DNA of 64,000 nt from Acidimicrobiales bacterium (GTDB lineage: Bacteria; Actinomycetota; Acidimicrobiia; Acidimicrobiales; Palsa-688), in assembly GCA_965276765.1 (NCBI GenBank), contig OZ255627.1, positions 2,007,007 through 2,071,006 on the forward strand, in the 5' to 3' direction. The notes beneath the pieces were generated by a model. That model worked only from the letters and a program-made list of their open reading frames with translations. It made no database searches and was not told where the DNA came from. A program made the translations under genes and the position numbers. Of the stretch, positions 61,088 through 64,000 are shown piece by piece. The first letter of the stretch is position 1, and every line of letters starts with the position of its first letter.

Positions 61088-62720
61088 AGGCTGTTCGGTA
61101 GGCCGGGCTGGCTGAGCTGGGTGTATCCGCGAAGTGGCCCTCCTGGTAAAGGAAACTGCGCTTATCGAAGGCTGCAGGGACCCAACCAGGAGGGCACTTC
61201 TCAGGTGAAGCGTAACCGCCGTCGTCGGGGCATGAGGGTGACCACGGGGGGCAAGGGAGTGGTTGGTCATGCCGGGGCCCGCCTGCTGGCTGATCTGGCT
61301 GATGCGGTCGGGCTGGGCGAAGCGCTGTCTGTGGCGATGGCGCCGAGCAAGATCCGCTCTGCGGGCCATGACCGTGGCAGGGTGCTGGTCGATCTGGCGG
61401 TGACTCTCGCCGATGGCGGCGAGACGATCTCGGATCTGGCCGTGCTACGCGACCAGCCGGAACTGTTCGGCGAGGTAGCGTCGACCCCGACGGCGTGGCG
61501 GACCCTCGAAGCCGTCGGCAATGCCGGCTTGGCTCGGATCGCCGAGGCGAGAGCCGAAGCACGGGCGGCGGCGTGGGCGGCCGGTGCCGATCCGGGGTTC
61601 TATGTGATCGATATCGACGGGACCCTGATCGGGTCGCATTCCGATAAACAGGGCGCGGCGCCGACCTACAAGCGCGGCTACGGGTTCCATCCCCTCGTGG
61701 CGTTCTTAGACGCCACCGGCGAAGCCCTCGCCGGGCTTTTGCGACCGGGGAACGCCGGGTCGGGGACCGCCGTCGATCATGTCACCGTGTTGGATCAGGC
61801 TCTCGGCCAACTGCCTGTCGACCCGGCGGTCACCGAGATCACGGTGCGGACCGACTCGGCGGGCTGCTCGCATCATTTTGTCGACGCCTGCCGCCAACGC
61901 AATGTGCGCTTCAGTCTCGGGCATCGCCTCAGCGCGGAGATCGCCACGGTGGCGGTCACCATGCCCAACAGGGCCTGGGTTCGGGCGGTCAGCGCGGATG
62001 GCTCCGACCTGCGCGCCGACGCCGAGGTGGCTGAGATCACCGGGCTGGTCGACTTGTCCGCCTGGCCGGCGGGGACCCGGATGATCGCCCGGCGCGAGCA
62101 CTGCCATCCCGGCGCCCAGCTCACCTTCACCGATATCGACGGGCGCCGCTACCAAGTCTTCATCACCGATGCCACCGAGGGTGACATCGCCTACCTCGAG
62201 GCGCTGCAGCGCGGCCGGGGCCGAGCCGAACGGCTGATCTGTGATGCCAAGGACACCGGCATGAACAATCTGCCCTCCGCGTCGTTCGCTATCAACGCCG
62301 CCTGGCTTGCTGTGGTCGGGATCGCGTGTGATCTGTTGGCCTGGTCGAGACTGCTGGTCCTCGAAGGCGAACTCGCCGCCGCCGAGCCGAAACGGCTCCG
62401 CTACTGCCTGCTGCACGCGGCCGGCATTATCGTCACCACCGGCCGGCGCCGACAGCTGCGTATCGCCGCCGGCTGGCCGTGGGCCGACCAGCTCGTCGCC
62501 GCCTTCGACCGCCTCAGCCTCCTCCGACTACAGATCTGAGCGGTCCACCCGCGGTCTACCGGCGACCGCATCAGCCACGACCACGACCGGCCAACCCAAC
62601 CCAACCTCAAGCCGCTCTGGACAATCGCGCTCCGACCCCCGCCGCCACCACCAATCAGCGCGTCAACGACCAGATCGTCAACCATCACCACAACCACGAG
62701 GGCCTACTGAAAGGTCTGGG
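61088..62720 (+). mobile_element. IS1380-family insertion sequence, complete: ~20-bp imperfect terminal inverted repeats, flanked by 4-bp CTAG target-site duplication
   Basis: IRL cccaggctgttcggtaggcc (61088-61107) and IRR ggcctactgaaaggtctggg (62701-62720) match 16/20 with 5'-CC termini. Direct 'ctag' at 61084-61087 and 62721-62724. A single DDE transposase ORF lies inside. Confidence 0.8.
61232..62539 (+). CDS. IS1380-family DDE transposase
   Basis: 'GHAGARLLADLADAVGL', 'IDIDGTLIGSHSDKQGAAPTYKRGYGFHPL', 'RTDSAGCSHHFVDAC' and 'ICDAKDTGMNNLPSASFAINAAWL' are IS1380-transposase-like. The start could be upstream (GTG ~61206 or ATG 61121). Confidence 0.8.
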   Translation: MRVTTGGKGVVGHAGARLLADLADAVGLGEALSVAMAPSKIRSAGHDRGRVLVDLAVTLADGGETISDLAVLRDQPELFGEVASTPTAWRTLEAVGNAGLARIAEARAEARAAAWAAGADPGFYVIDIDGTLIGSHSDKQGAAPTYKRGYGFHPLVAFLDATGEALAGLLRPGNAGSGTAVDHVTVLDQALGQLPVDPAVTEITVRTDSAGCSHHFVDACRQRNVRFSLGHRLSAEIATVAVTMPNRAWVRAVSADGSDLRADAEVAEITGLVDLSAWPAGTRMIARREHCHPGAQLTFTDIDGRRYQVFITDATEGDIAYLEALQRGRGRAERLICDAKDTGMNNLPSASFAINAAWLAVVGIACDLLAWSRLLVLEGELAAAEPKRLRYCLLHAAGIIVTTGRRRQLRIAAGWPWADQLVAAFDRLSLLRLQI

Positions 62721-63255
62721 CTAGTAGGTCTGCGTCAGGAGCGATACCGAGACACTCCAACTGCCGACCCGCCTGTGCCAGAGCCAGATACGACAGGTCG
62801 ACGGTGATGACGTCGATGGTCTCGGGCACAAGGCCTGGGTTTAAGCTGCCCAGATTGGTGTTCTCGAGATTCACCACCCGCCCATCGTTGCGAAGGCTGC
62901 CGAGCAGCTGGCCGTGTCCGGCGTCGATGGCATACACCCGTCGAGCGCCGGCGTGAAGCAGAGCACCGGTGAATCCTCCCGTCGATGCCCCGATGTCAGC
63001 CGCAGTTCGATCTCGCACGGACACGCCGAAAGCGTTAAGGGCACCCTCCAGCTTCAGCTGACCACGGGGACGTGTGACCGGCAGCACCCTGATCGTGGCA
63101 TCGGAGCGGACCAGGGCGGCGGGATTGGTGACGATGACTCCATTCACGAGCACGACTCCCTGCCGGATCAAGGCGACGGGGTCCGTGGCGTGGGGGTAGG
63201 TGTGGCGGATGCGTTGGGTGAGCGCGACGAACCGGGCTTTCCTGGTGCGTGACAT
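62721..63255 (-). pseudogene. tlyA: tlyA, 5' fragment (S4 domain plus FtsJ-like methyltransferase core), truncated by the IS1380 insertion
   Basis: 'MSRTRKARFVALTQR...LIRQGVVLVNGVIV' is the S4 domain; 'DIGASTGGFTGALLHAGARRVYAIDAGHGQL' is the SAM-binding motif. The ORF reads through the junction into IRR and stops at 62704. Confidence 0.75.
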
Positions 63256-63596
63256 TCGTGATCTCCTCGTGGTCGCTGGCGTCTGAGGACGGTCGAGCGA
63301 GGAGGAGCACGGGCACGCGAGCGCGCCAAAACGGGTCCCCAACTGCGGGACCCGGCGGGGTTGCTGCGAGGTTCAGCTCAGAACTACAAGAAGCCGGTCA
63401 TGTAAAACCAGAATGCCCTGGCCGTCTTCCGAACGCAACGTCACGCCTTCACACCGGACGGTTATCTGGCACGAAGGGGCAACAGCGCTGCAGGACTCAT
63501 CGGAGGGCGTAGGGAGCCGCCCGGAGCATCGCGACGGGGATTGGTCGGCAAGGTCGGGCGGACCTTACGGAAAGGGCATGCAAGGACGATGATGGT

Positions 63597-64000
63597 TCCG
63601 TGGCGTCGGACCCGAAGTCGCTCATGCTCCGCCCGGTCGGCGCCGCCGATTGGTCGTCGATCCACGAGTGGGGGTCTACGGACGAAGCGTGCCGGTACCA
63701 GCCCTGGGGACCGAACACGGTTCAGGACACGAAGCGATTTGTCGCCGACGCCGTTGCTGCATGGAAGGAGGACCCGCAAGACAGGTACGTGTGGGTAGTT
63801 CTCAGCGACCGAGCCAAGGTCGTCGGTCTCGGAGAGTTGCGCATTCGAAGTCGCCGCTGGGGTCATGCGGACATCGGCTATGCCGTCCACAACCAGTACT
63901 GGGGGCGGGGGATTGCTACCGTCGTTGCCGCTGCGCTCGCTCGGTTTGCTTTCGATCAGCTCGACCTCCATCGAGTCGCGGCGACCTGTGACCCACGAAA
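63597..64000 (+). CDS. GNAT-family N-acetyltransferase (RimJ/RimL-like), 3' end beyond window
   Basis: 'LMLRPVGAADWSSIHEW...RWGHADIGYAVHNQYWGRGIATVVAAALARFAFDQLDLHRVAATCDPRN' matches the Acetyltransf_3 pattern. Not in the ORF track because no stop falls inside the window. GTG start is approximate. Confidence 0.6.

Noticed and set aside
60303-61562. 419-aa minus-strand ORF overlapping the ribE-ribB 3' end and the IS left end
   Set aside because: Arg/Pro-rich. It crosses the IS boundary and is antisense to the transposase, so it is spurious.

Overview
High-GC (~70%) actinobacterial chromosomal segment, gene-dense, with one insertion sequence and no rRNA or CRISPR. All calls rest on reading the supplied six-frame translations and the raw sequence against family motifs recalled from memory; no searches were run.

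Main content, in order:
- a 5'-truncated DUF222/HNH (REP13E12-like) endonuclease;
- a ppgK, cbs, cgl, PP2C cluster;
- an acyl-CoA dehydrogenase;
- a kynA-kynU pair co-operonic with a Liv-type ABC importer, and a divergent CitA/CitB-like two-component system;
- a putative metal-handling operon: ArsR/SmtB regulator, P1B-4 (SPC-motif) ATPase, polytopic membrane protein with C-terminal Sco-like CxxxC domain, Asp-box beta-propeller lipoprotein;
- a serpin-like gene with frame disruptions around the reactive-centre loop;
- a tRNA-Asp / tRNA-Phe pair;
- a flotillin/NfeD pair;
- a DHA2 MFS efflux gene, and a second (OmpR-type) two-component system;
- an extended aa3-type cytochrome oxidase locus: CtaG, TlpA, a cupredoxin-like protein, ctaC-ctaD-ctaE, ccdA;
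- a seven-gene catabolic cluster that looks like a Rut-pathway analogue for an N-heterocycle: LysR, amidohydrolase, NCS1 permease, flavin reductase, HpaB-type monooxygenase, RidA, DUF1028;
- an FMN-riboswitch-like leader upstream of an unusual RibE-RibB fusion;
- a complete IS1380-family element with CTAG target-site duplication, inserted in-frame-reconstructably into tlyA (rRNA 2'-O-methyltransferase).

Many long Arg/Pro/Gly-rich ORFs in the track are antisense artefacts of the high GC content and were rejected.
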